Source: Ignavibacteriota bacterium (GTDB taxonomy: Bacteria; Bacteroidota; Ignavibacteria; UBA10030; CAVZMI01). From it: a stretch of 62,482 bases of DNA. Each line of letters begins with the position of its first letter. Positions within the stretch are counted from its first letter, which is position 1. The stretch is from contig CAVZMI010000010.1 in NCBI GenBank assembly GCA_963776275.1, forward strand, positions 1 to 62,482, read 5' to 3'. Below the pieces are notes generated by a model. It ran no database searches and was not told the origin of the DNA. It saw nothing but the letters and a program-made list of their open reading frames with translations. The translations under genes were made by a program, and so were the position numbers. Shown here piece after piece: positions 10,456 through 20,962 of the stretch.

Positions 10456-12183
10456 ATGAATAAAAAACAGGTGGCCGAAATTCTTGATGAAATTGGAACT
10501 CTGCTTGAGTTGAAGGGGGAGAATCCTTTCAAAGCCCGCGCCTATCATAATGCGGCACGAACGATCAGCGGACTGACAAAAGAAATCGATGTTCTCATCA
10601 CTTCAGGTGAACTCGCAACAATCAAAGGAATTGGTGAAGCATTGACAGAAAAAATCACGGAACTTGTGGCGACAGGAAGGCTGGTATATTACGAGGAATT
10701 AAAAAAATCGCTTCCTCCGGGACTTGTTGAAATGCTAGGCATTCCCGGTCTTGGTCCGAAACGGATCAAAACACTCCATGACAGGTTAAAAATATCTACT
10801 ATCGACGAACTCGCAGCGGCGGCCAGGGAGCATCGCATTGCGTCTCTGGATGGTTTTGGAGAGAAAATACAATTGTCGATTCTGGAGGGGATTGAACAGC
10901 TTAAAAAACACGCCGAGGTCTTTCTATATCCGGTTGCTCGAATGGAGGCCGAAAAAATTATTGTTTACCTGAAAAAAATCGAAGGAATTAAAAGGATAGA
11001 AGTTGCCGGCAGTCTAAGGCGAAAGAAAGAAATCGTCCGGGATATCGATATCCTTGTAGCAGCCAGGGAATCCGATGCACCGAAGATCATGCAGGCATTC
11101 GTTAATCACGGGGAAGTCGACGCTGTCCTTGCACATGGTGAAACGAAATCGAGTGTCCGTCTGAAATCCGGGATTCAGGCTGATGTGCGGATTGTATCCG
11201 AAAAGGAATTTCCTTTCGCACTTCAATATTTCACGGGCAGTAAAGAACACAATGTGGCGATGCGATCGCTTGCGAAAAAGACGGATATACGGATGAATGA
11301 ATATGGCCTTTTCCGGGGAGAATCCAAGAAGAGTATTCTCTGCAAATCGGAAGAAGAAGTATTTGAGAAACTGAAGCTGCAATACATACCGCCCGAACTG
11401 CGTGAAAACCTCGGTGAAGTGGATGCCGCCGCCCGTCGGGCGATACCACGGCTGGTTGAAGAAGATGATATTCGTGGAACGCTGCACGTCCATACAATCT
11501 ACAGTGATGGCGTCAATACGATGGTTCAGATGAGTGCCGCCGCTCAGGCAAAGGGGTGGGAATACCTTGGCATCGCCGATCATAGCGTCTCTGCAGCGTA
11601 TGCACAGGGTTTGACGATTGATCGAGTAAAGAAACAGTGGAAAGAAATCGATGAATTGAATTCTATCTTTAAAAAATTTGTTCTATTAAAAGGATCGGAG
11701 GTCGATATTCTTGCGGATGGAAGTCTCGACTATCCCGATAGAATTCTGGAATCATTCGATTATGTCGTGGTGTCTGTTCATAGTAAATTCAAAATGACGG
11801 AAAAGGAAATGACCGCCCGTATTATCAAAGGATTGAAAAACAAATACGCGACAATTCTCGGACATCCCACAGGAAGGCTCCTTCTCTCTCGTGAACCGTA
11901 CCTGGTCAACATGATCGATGTCGTCAATGCGGCATCCGATTATGGGAAAGCCATCGAAATTAATTCGCATCCAATGCGGTTGGATCTTGACTGGCGTCTG
12001 TGCCGGTACGCAAAAGAAAAGCATGTCCCGATTGTAATTACTCCCGATGCGCACTCCCTCGAAGGTCTTGATGATATTGCCTATGGTGTGGGGGTCGCAC
12101 GCAAAGGATGGCTTGTAAAAAAGGATGTCGCGAATACAAAACGGCGAAAAGACTTTGTAACTTTCCTGAAAGGTTTTCGTTGA
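10456..12183 (+). CDS. polX: DNA polymerase/3'-5' exonuclease PolX with PHP domain
   Basis: GENPFKARAY, GSLRR, RDIDIL, FTGSKEHN, and PHP motifs HVHTIYSDG, GHPTGR, PDAH. Confidence 0.95.
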   Translation: MNKKQVAEILDEIGTLLELKGENPFKARAYHNAARTISGLTKEIDVLITSGELATIKGIGEALTEKITELVATGRLVYYEELKKSLPPGLVEMLGIPGLGPKRIKTLHDRLKISTIDELAAAAREHRIASLDGFGEKIQLSILEGIEQLKKHAEVFLYPVARMEAEKIIVYLKKIEGIKRIEVAGSLRRKKEIVRDIDILVAARESDAPKIMQAFVNHGEVDAVLAHGETKSSVRLKSGIQADVRIVSEKEFPFALQYFTGSKEHNVAMRSLAKKTDIRMNEYGLFRGESKKSILCKSEEEVFEKLKLQYIPPELRENLGEVDAAARRAIPRLVEEDDIRGTLHVHTIYSDGVNTMVQMSAAAQAKGWEYLGIADHSVSAAYAQGLTIDRVKKQWKEIDELNSIFKKFVLLKGSEVDILADGSLDYPDRILESFDYVVVSVHSKFKMTEKEMTARIIKGLKNKYATILGHPTGRLLLSREPYLVNMIDVVNAASDYGKAIEINSHPMRLDLDWRLCRYAKEKHVPIVITPDAHSLEGLDDIAYGVGVARKGWLVKKDVANTKRRKDFVTFLKGFR

Positions 12184-12337
12184 TTATACTGATGCCCTTA
12201 CGACTATTTCTTACTATAAAAAAGGGCATAGTACACGCTCCAACCTATATAATCATATAGGTTTTTTAAAATGATAGTTGGAGCGGTACTAGTGGCACTT
12301 CAACATAAGTATTCACATAAGATTATAAGGAGTATCT

Positions 12338-12994
12338 ATGTCACATCATCATCATTCGCGTCACCGTCATCCATATGTAGGAGGAATCATTCTTATAACC
12401 ATTGGAGTTCTTTTCCTTCTTGATAATCTTGGATATGCCCAAGTCGGCGATCTCATTCATACTTATTGGCCTGTTATTCTCGTCATCATCGGTCTGAGTC
12501 TTCTCCTTCGGAGAAGTGATATGTACGAAGGTGTCTCGACCTCTACCTCCGGGGTAGGTGATGCGGGAACCGGGACCGGCGGGAGCGAGGCTCATACATC
12601 GTCTCACAGTTTTTCGTCAAACACATCCGATCGGATATCCGAGGAAAACACATTTGGAGAGATGAATCTCATCCTGACATCGAAGAATTTTCAGGGGGGA
12701 AGTATCAGCACTGTTTTCGGAGAAGTCGAGATCGATGCAAACTCGATTGAATTGGCACCGGGCGAACAGCTGCTCCGGGTTCACACTGTATTTGGAGACA
12801 CACGTATCTCACTTCCGAAAGGGATTGGACTGCGTGTAACAGCGCATACGTCGTTCGGCAGTCTCCGTGTAATGAATGATTATAAAGATGGTATTTTCCA
12901 GCAAATAGAATTTAAAACCGATGGATACGAGATATCTGAGAAGAAATTGCGTTTGATTGTCTCACAGGTATTCGGAGCTCTACGAGTCCGGTAG
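12338..12994 (+). CDS. LiaF-like membrane protein (N-terminal TM hairpin plus beta-rich C-terminal domain)
   Basis: GIILITIGVLFLLDN...YWPVILVIIG followed by repeated xFGx strands. Confidence 0.75.
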   Translation: MSHHHHSRHRHPYVGGIILITIGVLFLLDNLGYAQVGDLIHTYWPVILVIIGLSLLLRRSDMYEGVSTSTSGVGDAGTGTGGSEAHTSSHSFSSNTSDRISEENTFGEMNLILTSKNFQGGSISTVFGEVEIDANSIELAPGEQLLRVHTVFGDTRISLPKGIGLRVTAHTSFGSLRVMNDYKDGIFQQIEFKTDGYEISEKKLRLIVSQVFGALRVR

Positions 12995-13096
12995 TATGCC
13001 GGGCAAAGATATTCGGTGATGTAAGTATCGTTGCTGATTATTGGTGGTGGGGGTTATAATACCTTCGCATTTCAAGAGAATCCGCGGGAGGTATAA

Positions 13097-13378
13097 GTGG
13101 GCGTTATTAAAATTCATATCTGTAAGAGTAAATCGGGTGAAGTGGTAAGCACGAATGTACCCGATGATATTCCAATCCCCGAGGTGCTGCAGATCCTGGA
13201 TATCCGGCATGAAATCGGTATCAAAGGGAGACTTGAGCAGTTTGTTCTATATAACATCAGTCAGCAGTTCGAATATCATTCGACGGACACGCTGGCTGGA
13301 AGATCGACAGCCGATGGTGACCTGAATATCGTTGTCGATACTTCATTTTGTACTCCTGAGACGATCATTCCGAAGTGA
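13097..13378 (+). CDS. Small hypothetical protein, possibly ubiquitin-like fold
   Basis: GGAGG upstream of GTG; fills the gap between same-strand genes. Confidence 0.6.
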   Translation: MGVIKIHICKSKSGEVVSTNVPDDIPIPEVLQILDIRHEIGIKGRLEQFVLYNISQQFEYHSTDTLAGRSTADGDLNIVVDTSFCTPETIIPK

Positions 13379-13440
13379 AGCAGGAATGGCCCGCTCTTAA
13401 CGTCATATAATGATATCATCTTAAATTCGATCGGTCTTGT

Positions 13441-14127
13441 ATGGGAAAGATAAAATCCGTTAAAAAAGAATCTCCTGAAGAAAAAAACAGCCGGGCGAAA
13501 AAGATTGTCTCCCTACTTATGAAATCATATCCTGAAGCTATGACCGAGTTGACATTCCAATCTCCACTGGAACTACTTATCGCAACGATTCTCTCGGCAC
13601 AATGCACCGATGTGCGGGTCAATATAGTTACGAAGGACCTTTTTAAAAAATACAGGACGGTTCAGGATTATGCAAAAATAAATCAGGCTGTTCTGGAAGA
13701 AGATATCCGGTCGACAGGATTTTATAAGAATAAGGCAAAGAACATCATTGAATGCTGCAAAGGGATTATCGAACGGTTCGGCGGGAAAGTCCCGAATCGC
13801 ATGGAAGATCTGGTAACACTTGCCGGAGTCGGACGTAAAACCGCAAATTGTGTGCTCGGTGGGGCCTTTGGCATTGTTGAAGGAATTGTAGTCGACACGC
13901 ATGTTGCACGACTGGCGGAAAGGCTTGGTTTCACAAAGGAATCAGATGCTCTGAAAATTGAACAGGATTTAATGAAGCTTATTCCAAAAAGTTATTGGTA
14001 TTTCTTCAGTAACGCTTTGATACTCCATGGCCGCCGGATATGTAACGCCCGCAAACCAAATTGTTCCGGGTGTCCGCTACATATCTATTGCCCGTCGGCT
14101 GAAAAATATCTGCTTCGAATAAAATAA
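13441..14127 (+). CDS. nth: Endonuclease III
   Basis: LSAQCTD, HhH LAGVGRKTAN, VDTHV and the 4Fe-4S motif CNARKPNCSGCPLHIYC. Confidence 0.95.
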   Translation: MGKIKSVKKESPEEKNSRAKKIVSLLMKSYPEAMTELTFQSPLELLIATILSAQCTDVRVNIVTKDLFKKYRTVQDYAKINQAVLEEDIRSTGFYKNKAKNIIECCKGIIERFGGKVPNRMEDLVTLAGVGRKTANCVLGGAFGIVEGIVVDTHVARLAERLGFTKESDALKIEQDLMKLIPKSYWYFFSNALILHGRRICNARKPNCSGCPLHIYCPSAEKYLLRIK

Positions 14128-15712
14128 TGTCGCAGATGATACTTCGGCAGAGAATACATCCCCCTTTTGACATTGAGATTGAAAATCGCCGCCATCGCCC
14201 GTTGATCGTTCTGGCCGTCATGATTGGTAGTTTTCTCGGTGGACTTGATGTGACAGTCGTAGGGACCGCGATGCCGACGGTTGTTGCCGATCTCGGCGGT
14301 CTTCATTTCTATAGCTGGGTATTTTCTGCCTATATGCTTGCAACGGCGGTCTGTATGCCGCTGTTCGGAAGATTCTCCGACCTCTTCGGAAAAAAACGAA
14401 TGTTTTTCTGGGCAGCTGCATTATTTTTATTGGGCTCCTGTTTGAGCGGTCTTTCAGGCACAATGTGGCAGCTCGTGGTTTTTAGAACGATCCAGGGTAT
14501 CGGCGCCGGCGGAGGTGGAATAGTCTCGATGGCGATCATCGCAAGCCTGTATTCGCCTCAACACCGTGCACGTGCAATGGGTTATATATCGTCTGTGTGG
14601 GGCATTTCCAGTGTTGTCGGACCTATACTCGGGAGCCTAATTGTTTCCCAGCTGGGATGGAGATGGGTGTTTTATGTGAATCTTCCATTCGGGCTTCTTT
14701 CGATGTTACTGCTTGCATCGGTCTTCCGGGAACGACGGCATATTGAACGGAGGCAAATTGATTATCGCGGTGCCTTCAGTCTTACAGCGGCAATTCTCGT
14801 TCTGTTGATTGCATTTACTCAGATTGGAAAAGGCGAGTCAATCCTTGCATGGAATGTTGTTATCATGATAATTATCTTTCTCCTCATGATGACTTTTTTT
14901 TTCCGGACAGAACGAAGTATCCGTGATCCGCTCCTTCCACTTCAATTATTCCGGCAGAGAGTTTTCACGCTTGCCAATATCTGCGGTTTCCTGAGTGGGT
15001 TTGCTATATTCGGGGTCACTGCATTTCTTCCTTTATTTGTTCAAGCGATCAAAGGAGGAACCCCGATGGATGCAGGTTTTGCCGTTATGGGGACATCACT
15101 CGGTTGGTCGTCGGCCAGCATTGGAAGCGGTCAGATTGTACATAGATTCGGGGAAAAAAGAATTATATTCTTCGGTATTTTAATAATGGGGGGTGGATTG
15201 GTCTTAGCTTCACAACTGACAGCCGAAAGTTCAATGTTTATAATTGAATGTGTAGCACTTGCCGTCGGAATCGGAATGGGGATACAAACTCCGGTCACTT
15301 CTTACCGCAGTACAGAACTCTGCAGGTTCCATCGGACATCGGTGTTGCGACATCGACGCATATGCTGGGGCGGACAATCGGCGGTGCTATTGGCGTGAGT
15401 ATGATGGGTGCGGCATTAATGAATTCCGTTCAACTCCATATACGCGTTCTGGAAGCAGCAGGCGTTTTGAAAAATCTTCCCCCCCTTTTGCGATCGAAAC
15501 TGGGTGATCCGCAGGAACTCCTCGGTGTGCAACTCGGAAAATATATACATGGGAACGAACTCAGTATAATCCTTGAAGCTTTTTCTTCCTCATTACAAAA
15601 TATCTTTCTAACCGGTCTGGTAACAGTGGCGATCTCGCTGATTCTATGGATTGCATTCCCGTCTGTATTCCCTCACCACGAACATTATCGATCGTCTTCG
15701 CTTGAATCTTGA
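14127..15712 (+). CDS. MFS drug transporter, DHA2-like; two apparent frameshifts near 15293-15330
   Basis: LDVTVVGTAMP, GRFSDLFGKK and WRWVFYVNLP motifs; the protein continues via SLLTAVQNSA and then SDIGVATST in other frames. Confidence 0.85.
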
Positions 15713-15813
15713 TTTATTTCATCTTTACCTCCTTTGACTCATTCCGTCTCGAACCTGGCAGAACTTGATCCCGAAGCGGCATTTTTGTGTGAAATAAACT
15801 TTTTCCTTTCTCC

Positions 15814-15982
15814 CCCTCGACTCGCACTTCCCCATAATCGAGAAGTGCTCGCTCGGGATAAACTTCTTGCCCTGAGCGAGTCCCGATTACTCGTCCCGAG
15901 CCTTCGGCCCGAGCGGCTCGACTGAGCTCGCCGAAGTCTCAGGCCGAGGGCTTGTCGAGAGATATCGGGACGAGTCGAAGGG
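15814..15982. repeat. Nested REP-like palindrome cluster
   Basis: CCCTCGAC..GCTCGGG facing CTTGCCCTGAGC..GTCGAAGGG, with inner GTCCCGAT/ATCGGGAC and further hairpins. Confidence 0.75.
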
Positions 15983-16071
15983 TTTACTTTTATCCGGTCT
16001 TGATTGATTGTCCCCCCCTTTTTTCGTACATTTTATCGTTCGTTTCTTCATTCATATATCCGTCTTTTATA

Positions 16072-17007
16072 ATGAAATATTCTTCACGCGATGTCATTGA
16101 ATTTGGTGCCTTCGCCGCATTGGGTATGATCGTCCGGCTCCTTCCTCTCAGGGTCGCTCAGCGCTTTGGACGGCGTCTGGGGGAATTCATCTATACCACA
16201 ATAAAAATACGACGCGAAATAACATACCAAAATCTCCGGGCTGCATTTCCCGAAAAAACTATGGAAGAGCTCGACGGGATCGCCCTTGAAGCATATTGTA
16301 ATTTTGCGATCAACTTTATCGAAATGTTCTGGTTCCCTCGCATGAACCATAGCGTTCTTCTTCATGTGGTAAGAGTCCGGAATGGCGAAGTGTTTCAGGA
16401 GATACGGAACCGCGGCAAAGGATTTATCATTATCTCAGGACATTTTGGGAATTGGGAACTATTTGCATTTTCAATCTGCACATTGTTCAATTCCCCGTCA
16501 TTAATAATCGCTCAGAATCAACGCAACCCGCTCGTTAATGCTCTCTTGAACAGGTACCGGAGTCTGTGTGGGAACAGAATTGTTGCGATGGAACGATCTG
16601 TCCAGGAGACTCTGAGAGCCCTGCATCAGGGGCAGGGGGTGTTAATGCTTGCCGACCAGAGTGCACCGCGTGAGCGGATCTATATAGATTTTTTCGGCCG
16701 TCCCGCAGCGACCTTCGAAGGACCCGCGGTGTTTGCACTCCGATCGGGTGCTCCAATCGTTATGGCATTTCTGATCCGTCAAAAGAATAATACATACGAG
16801 TTGGTATTCGAGGAATTACCGACATCGGATTTGCATGAAGCAACGGAAGAAAATATCCGCGAACTGACTAAACGGCACGTCAAAGTTCTTGAACGATATA
16901 TCCGTGAATACCCCGGACAATGGCTCTGGCTTCATAAACGTTGGAAACATTCAGAATATGCGCTGAGCCATGCATCCGAAGAAACGGTCAACCCCGAATC
17001 GAAATGA
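16072..17007 (+). CDS. lpxL: Lipid A late acyltransferase (LpxL/HtrB family)
   Basis: HFGNWE, LADQ, FFGRPA and PGQWLWLHKRWK motifs; adjacent to a heptosyltransferase; ATG at 16072 preferred over the ORF-track start. Confidence 0.85.
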   Translation: MKYSSRDVIEFGAFAALGMIVRLLPLRVAQRFGRRLGEFIYTTIKIRREITYQNLRAAFPEKTMEELDGIALEAYCNFAINFIEMFWFPRMNHSVLLHVVRVRNGEVFQEIRNRGKGFIIISGHFGNWELFAFSICTLFNSPSLIIAQNQRNPLVNALLNRYRSLCGNRIVAMERSVQETLRALHQGQGVLMLADQSAPRERIYIDFFGRPAATFEGPAVFALRSGAPIVMAFLIRQKNNTYELVFEELPTSDLHEATEENIRELTKRHVKVLERYIREYPGQWLWLHKRWKHSEYALSHASEETVNPESK

Positions 17008-18047
17008 TGACCCTGCGTTCCATTATCGTTGTCCAGACGGCGTTTATCGGTGATGCAGTTCTTACGCTCCCGATGATCCAACGGGTCAAGAAATCGTATC
17101 CCGATATATCGGTTGATGTCATTACAATTCCCAGAACCGCTGAAATATTTCAGTCCCACCCTGCAATCAGAAATGTAATTGTCTATGATAAACGGCATAC
17201 CGACCGGGGTATTCGGGGGATTCTTAACATGGTGCGGATACTTAAGTCAAAGGAATACACCGCCGCCCTGATACCTCACCGTTCATTCCGGAGTGCACTC
17301 ATCCCGGCAATTGCCAGGATACCACTGCGTATCGGTTTTGATAAGAGTGCGGGTGCGTTCCTTATGACGCATGTCATACCGTACCGTTCGGATATACATG
17401 AGATAGAGCGGAATCAGACACTGCTGCGGGATATAGATATTCCCATTACCGGCAAGGAATTGCCGTCGCTCTACCCTTCGACCAGTGATAAAGAGTATAT
17501 TACACACATTCTTACAGAGTGGGGGATACGGTCGAACGCCCCTTTTGTTGCCATCGCTCCCGGTTCTGTCTGGGCTACAAAACGCTGGCCGGCGGATAGA
17601 TATGGACAGCTCATACGAATGCTGAACGGGAAGGGTGTCGTGACGGTGTTGGTTGGTGGGAAAGAGGACGCGGCCCTTTGCAGGGAGATCGTATCCCGCT
17701 CCGACATGGTCGGAACGGAATGCCCCTCCCTTGTTACCGCCGGTCGGTTGACGCTTCTCCAATCTGCAGCGCTTCTACAAAGGGCACGGGCCCTTGTCAC
17801 GAACGATACCGCACCGATGCATCTGGCGGTGGCGATGCGTACTCCGGTCGTCGCAATTTTTGGAGCGACTGTTCCGGCATTCGGATTTTCTCCTTATGGT
17901 GAATCGGATAAAGTAGTGGAGACTTTAGGACTTCCATGCCGGCCCTGCAGTATCCATGGAGGACAGCGATGCCCCATTAAAAAGTTCGATTGTATGGAGA
18001 AGATTTCGACGGATAGAGTATTTAACGAGGTACTACAGAAGCTATAA
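17004..18047 (+). CDS. waaF: LPS heptosyltransferase II (GT9)
   Basis: QTAFIGDAVL, APGSVWATKRWP, TNDTAPMHLA and IFGAT motifs. Confidence 0.85.
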   Translation: MMTLRSIIVVQTAFIGDAVLTLPMIQRVKKSYPDISVDVITIPRTAEIFQSHPAIRNVIVYDKRHTDRGIRGILNMVRILKSKEYTAALIPHRSFRSALIPAIARIPLRIGFDKSAGAFLMTHVIPYRSDIHEIERNQTLLRDIDIPITGKELPSLYPSTSDKEYITHILTEWGIRSNAPFVAIAPGSVWATKRWPADRYGQLIRMLNGKGVVTVLVGGKEDAALCREIVSRSDMVGTECPSLVTAGRLTLLQSAALLQRARALVTNDTAPMHLAVAMRTPVVAIFGATVPAFGFSPYGESDKVVETLGLPCRPCSIHGGQRCPIKKFDCMEKISTDRVFNEVLQKL

Positions 18048-18800
18048 ATCTTTCGCCTCATTCCACAGCACATCCATCTCGGCCAGCGAAGCGGTCTGGA
18101 TGTCTTTTCCCTGTTCTTTTAATTTCTGTTCGATGTGTTTGAACCTTTTGATGAATTTATCGGTGGTTTTTCTCAGTGATAATTCCGGATTGATTTTCAC
18201 AAATCTTGCGTAATTCACGAGTGAAAAAAGCAAGTCGCCGAACTCCTCCTCGGCCTTTTCACGATCGTCTGCTTCAAGGGCGGCATGAAATTCCTTCACT
18301 TCTTCTTCGACCTTCTTCCACACATCGCTCCGATGTTCCCAATCGAAACCGACCTTGGCCGCACGTTCTTGAAGCCGTTGTGCGCGTAGTAATGCGGGGA
18401 GTTCTTTCGGTACGCCGTCGAGATGCGACTCGCGTCCTTCGATCATTTTAAGCTTTTCCCAGTTTTGTTTCACTTCCTCTGCTCCGTTTACATTAGTATC
18501 GCCAAATACGTGTGGATGCCGCCGGATAAGCTTTGCGTTTATTCCTTCGATGACATCCTCAAGACGGAATTCACTTTTTTCTTCTGCAATGACCGAATGG
18601 AGAATCACGTGGAGAAGCACATCTCCTAATTCTTCACATAGAGCATTCCAATCGGTGTTATCAATTGATTCAATAATTTCGTATGTCTCTTCGATCAGGT
18701 GGTGACGAATCGATTCATGGGTTTGCTGTCTATCCCACGGACAATCCTTCCGCAGTTTGCGGACAATTCTTACAAGTTCAGGAAAATGGTCTGTTGACAT
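18042..18800 (-). CDS. mazG: Nucleoside triphosphate pyrophosphohydrolase MazG
   Basis: CPWDRQQT, EELGDVLL, RRHPHVF and EEEFGDLLF motifs. Confidence 0.95.
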   Translation of the reverse strand: MSTDHFPELVRIVRKLRKDCPWDRQQTHESIRHHLIEETYEIIESIDNTDWNALCEELGDVLLHVILHSVIAEEKSEFRLEDVIEGINAKLIRRHPHVFGDTNVNGAEEVKQNWEKLKMIEGRESHLDGVPKELPALLRAQRLQERAAKVGFDWEHRSDVWKKVEEEVKEFHAALEADDREKAEEEFGDLLFSLVNYARFVKINPELSLRKTTDKFIKRFKHIEQKLKEQGKDIQTASLAEMDVLWNEAKDL

Positions 18801-18974
18801 AATGCTTCCTCTTTAGTGTACTGAGAAACCTAACGAAAATATTGCTCGATATCAATATTAAGAAGACACAAAATTGGGGTTTATAGCACTATTAGCTCAT
18901 ACCTGGCAGGACTTTCATTTAACGAAATTATCCATTACTATGAATCATTCCAATAATAAACTGCAGGCTCTTTC

Positions 18975-20748
18975 ATGACCCAGCGCCGCCTTTTAATCCT
19001 GTTCATTACTGTATTTCTCATTTCACTTTTTTTGATTCTTATGAATTCACAAACGAGGGTTGATCTACTTCTGACAAACGGAATGGTTTATACGGTCGAT
19101 TCTGACAATACTATCGCCGAAGCAGTTGCGATTAAGGAGCATACTATCGTTGCCGTTGGGACGACGAAGGAAATTACAAAGAAATATCGATCGGAAACGA
19201 CAATCGACCTAAAAAGGAAAGCCGTATACCCCGGCTTCATCGATTCACACGCTCACTTTGTAGGTATCGGGACAGCACTGATGACCTTGAATCTCTTAGG
19301 CACTCAATCGCCCGAAGAGATCGGATCACTGGTCAATGAGCAAATCAAGAGGAAAGGGATCGACCGTTGGGTTCGGGGCCGTGGATGGGACCAGAATAAT
19401 TGGACTGTAAAACAATTCCCGACTGTAGAAGTGCTTGATAAAGTGGCTCCGGAAACACCTGTATATCTTCTACGGGTTGATGGCCACGCGGTGTGGGTGA
19501 ATTCGAAAGTCCTCAACCTTGCAGGTATTACACGCGATACAGAGGAACCGGAAGGCGGAACCATAATAAGAAATAGAAAAGGAGAACCAACAGGAATCTT
19601 TGTCGACAATGCGATTCGGCTCGTAGAATCCGTTCTTCCGCCGCCAACAGATGATGAAATGACGGAAGCGATACAACTGGCCGCGCAAACATGTGTGCGG
19701 TTCGGGCTGACGGAAATACACGACATGGGTGTGACATCGCAAATGATTCGGCTCTATAAAAAATTGATTGATGCAAATTCTTTTCCATTTCGGATCTATG
19801 CAGCGATCGACGGTCCTGGTGAAACCTGGGAGGAATATAAAAAAATAGGGCCGGAACATGACTATGGAAACCATCGATTGGCAGTCCGGGCAATTAAAAT
19901 GTATGTTGATGGGGCGCTAGGCTCGAGGGGAGCGGCTCTCGTAGAACCCTACAGCGACGATCTCACGACAAGAGGACTGACAGTCGAGAGAAGTACGACT
20001 CTTACGACGATAGCAAAAGAAGCTCTTCAGTATAATTTTCAGCTCGTAACGCACGCAATCGGGGATCGTGGAAATGCGATTCTATTGGATACATATGAGG
20101 AAGCATTCAATGCTTTTCCTGAAAAAGCAAAGCGGGCTCGCTTTCGTGACGAGCATGCGCAGGTTCTTGATGAAAAAGATATACCGCGTTTTGCCGCGCT
20201 CGGCGTCATTCCAAGCATGCAGCCTTCCCATTGCACTTCGGATATGCGGTGGGCAGAGGCACGGCTCGGTTCCGAAACGAATCCGTGGCGCCTATGCATG
20301 GCGATCACTCCTCGATACAGGCGTTAAAATTGCAGGGGGCTCTGATTCGCCTGTCGAGAGTCCGAATCCACTTCTTGGATTCTATGCCGCAATCACTCGA
20401 CAGGATTCCGATGGCATCCCTTCTTCATGGAAAGACGTTGCGGCGGGATTTCAGATGTCATCAGCCGGGATAGTTGACACCGGACAGTTTGAGGGGGGCT
20501 GGTATGCACATCAACGAATGACCAGAAAAGAAGCCCTACGATCGTTCACTCTATGGGGTGCCTATGCGGCATTCCAGGAAGATTTGAAAGGGAGCGTCGA
20601 AGCGGGGAAGCTTGCCGACCTTACAATTCTTTCGAAGGATATAATGACAATACCGGAAAGGGATATCCTCACGACCGAGGTGGAAATGACAATTATCAAT
20701 GGTCAGATTGTTTATGCCCAACTAGGATCCGGGACCTCCCCACATTAA
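18975..20748 (+). CDS. Amidohydrolase (YtcJ-like); frameshift near 20275
   Basis: PGFIDSHAH, DGALGSRGA, HAIGD and EHAQ; continues in another frame as AYAWRSLL..GSDSPVE..GKLADL. Confidence 0.85.
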
Positions 20749-20962
20749 CGAGTTTAACTCAGATCCTCCAGGTAGCGCCTGTTAATTATTGATATAATTA
20801 GACTTATGCCGCATTTCTGTCGGCATCTCCAAAGGTGTGAAACTCGTAAAAATATTTTAATATTTCTAAAGAAAACGTTATTCGTTGTCGATAATAAATT
20901 TAAAGAATTCCAACCCTTAAGTGATTATTCATGTTGACCGTCTAGACTCCGGTACTGTACAT

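Noticed and set aside
15734-16071. ORF 15734-15925 and the N-terminal extension of lpxL from 15952
   Set aside because: Both are translations of palindromic repeat or intergenic DNA; family similarity starts at ATG 16072
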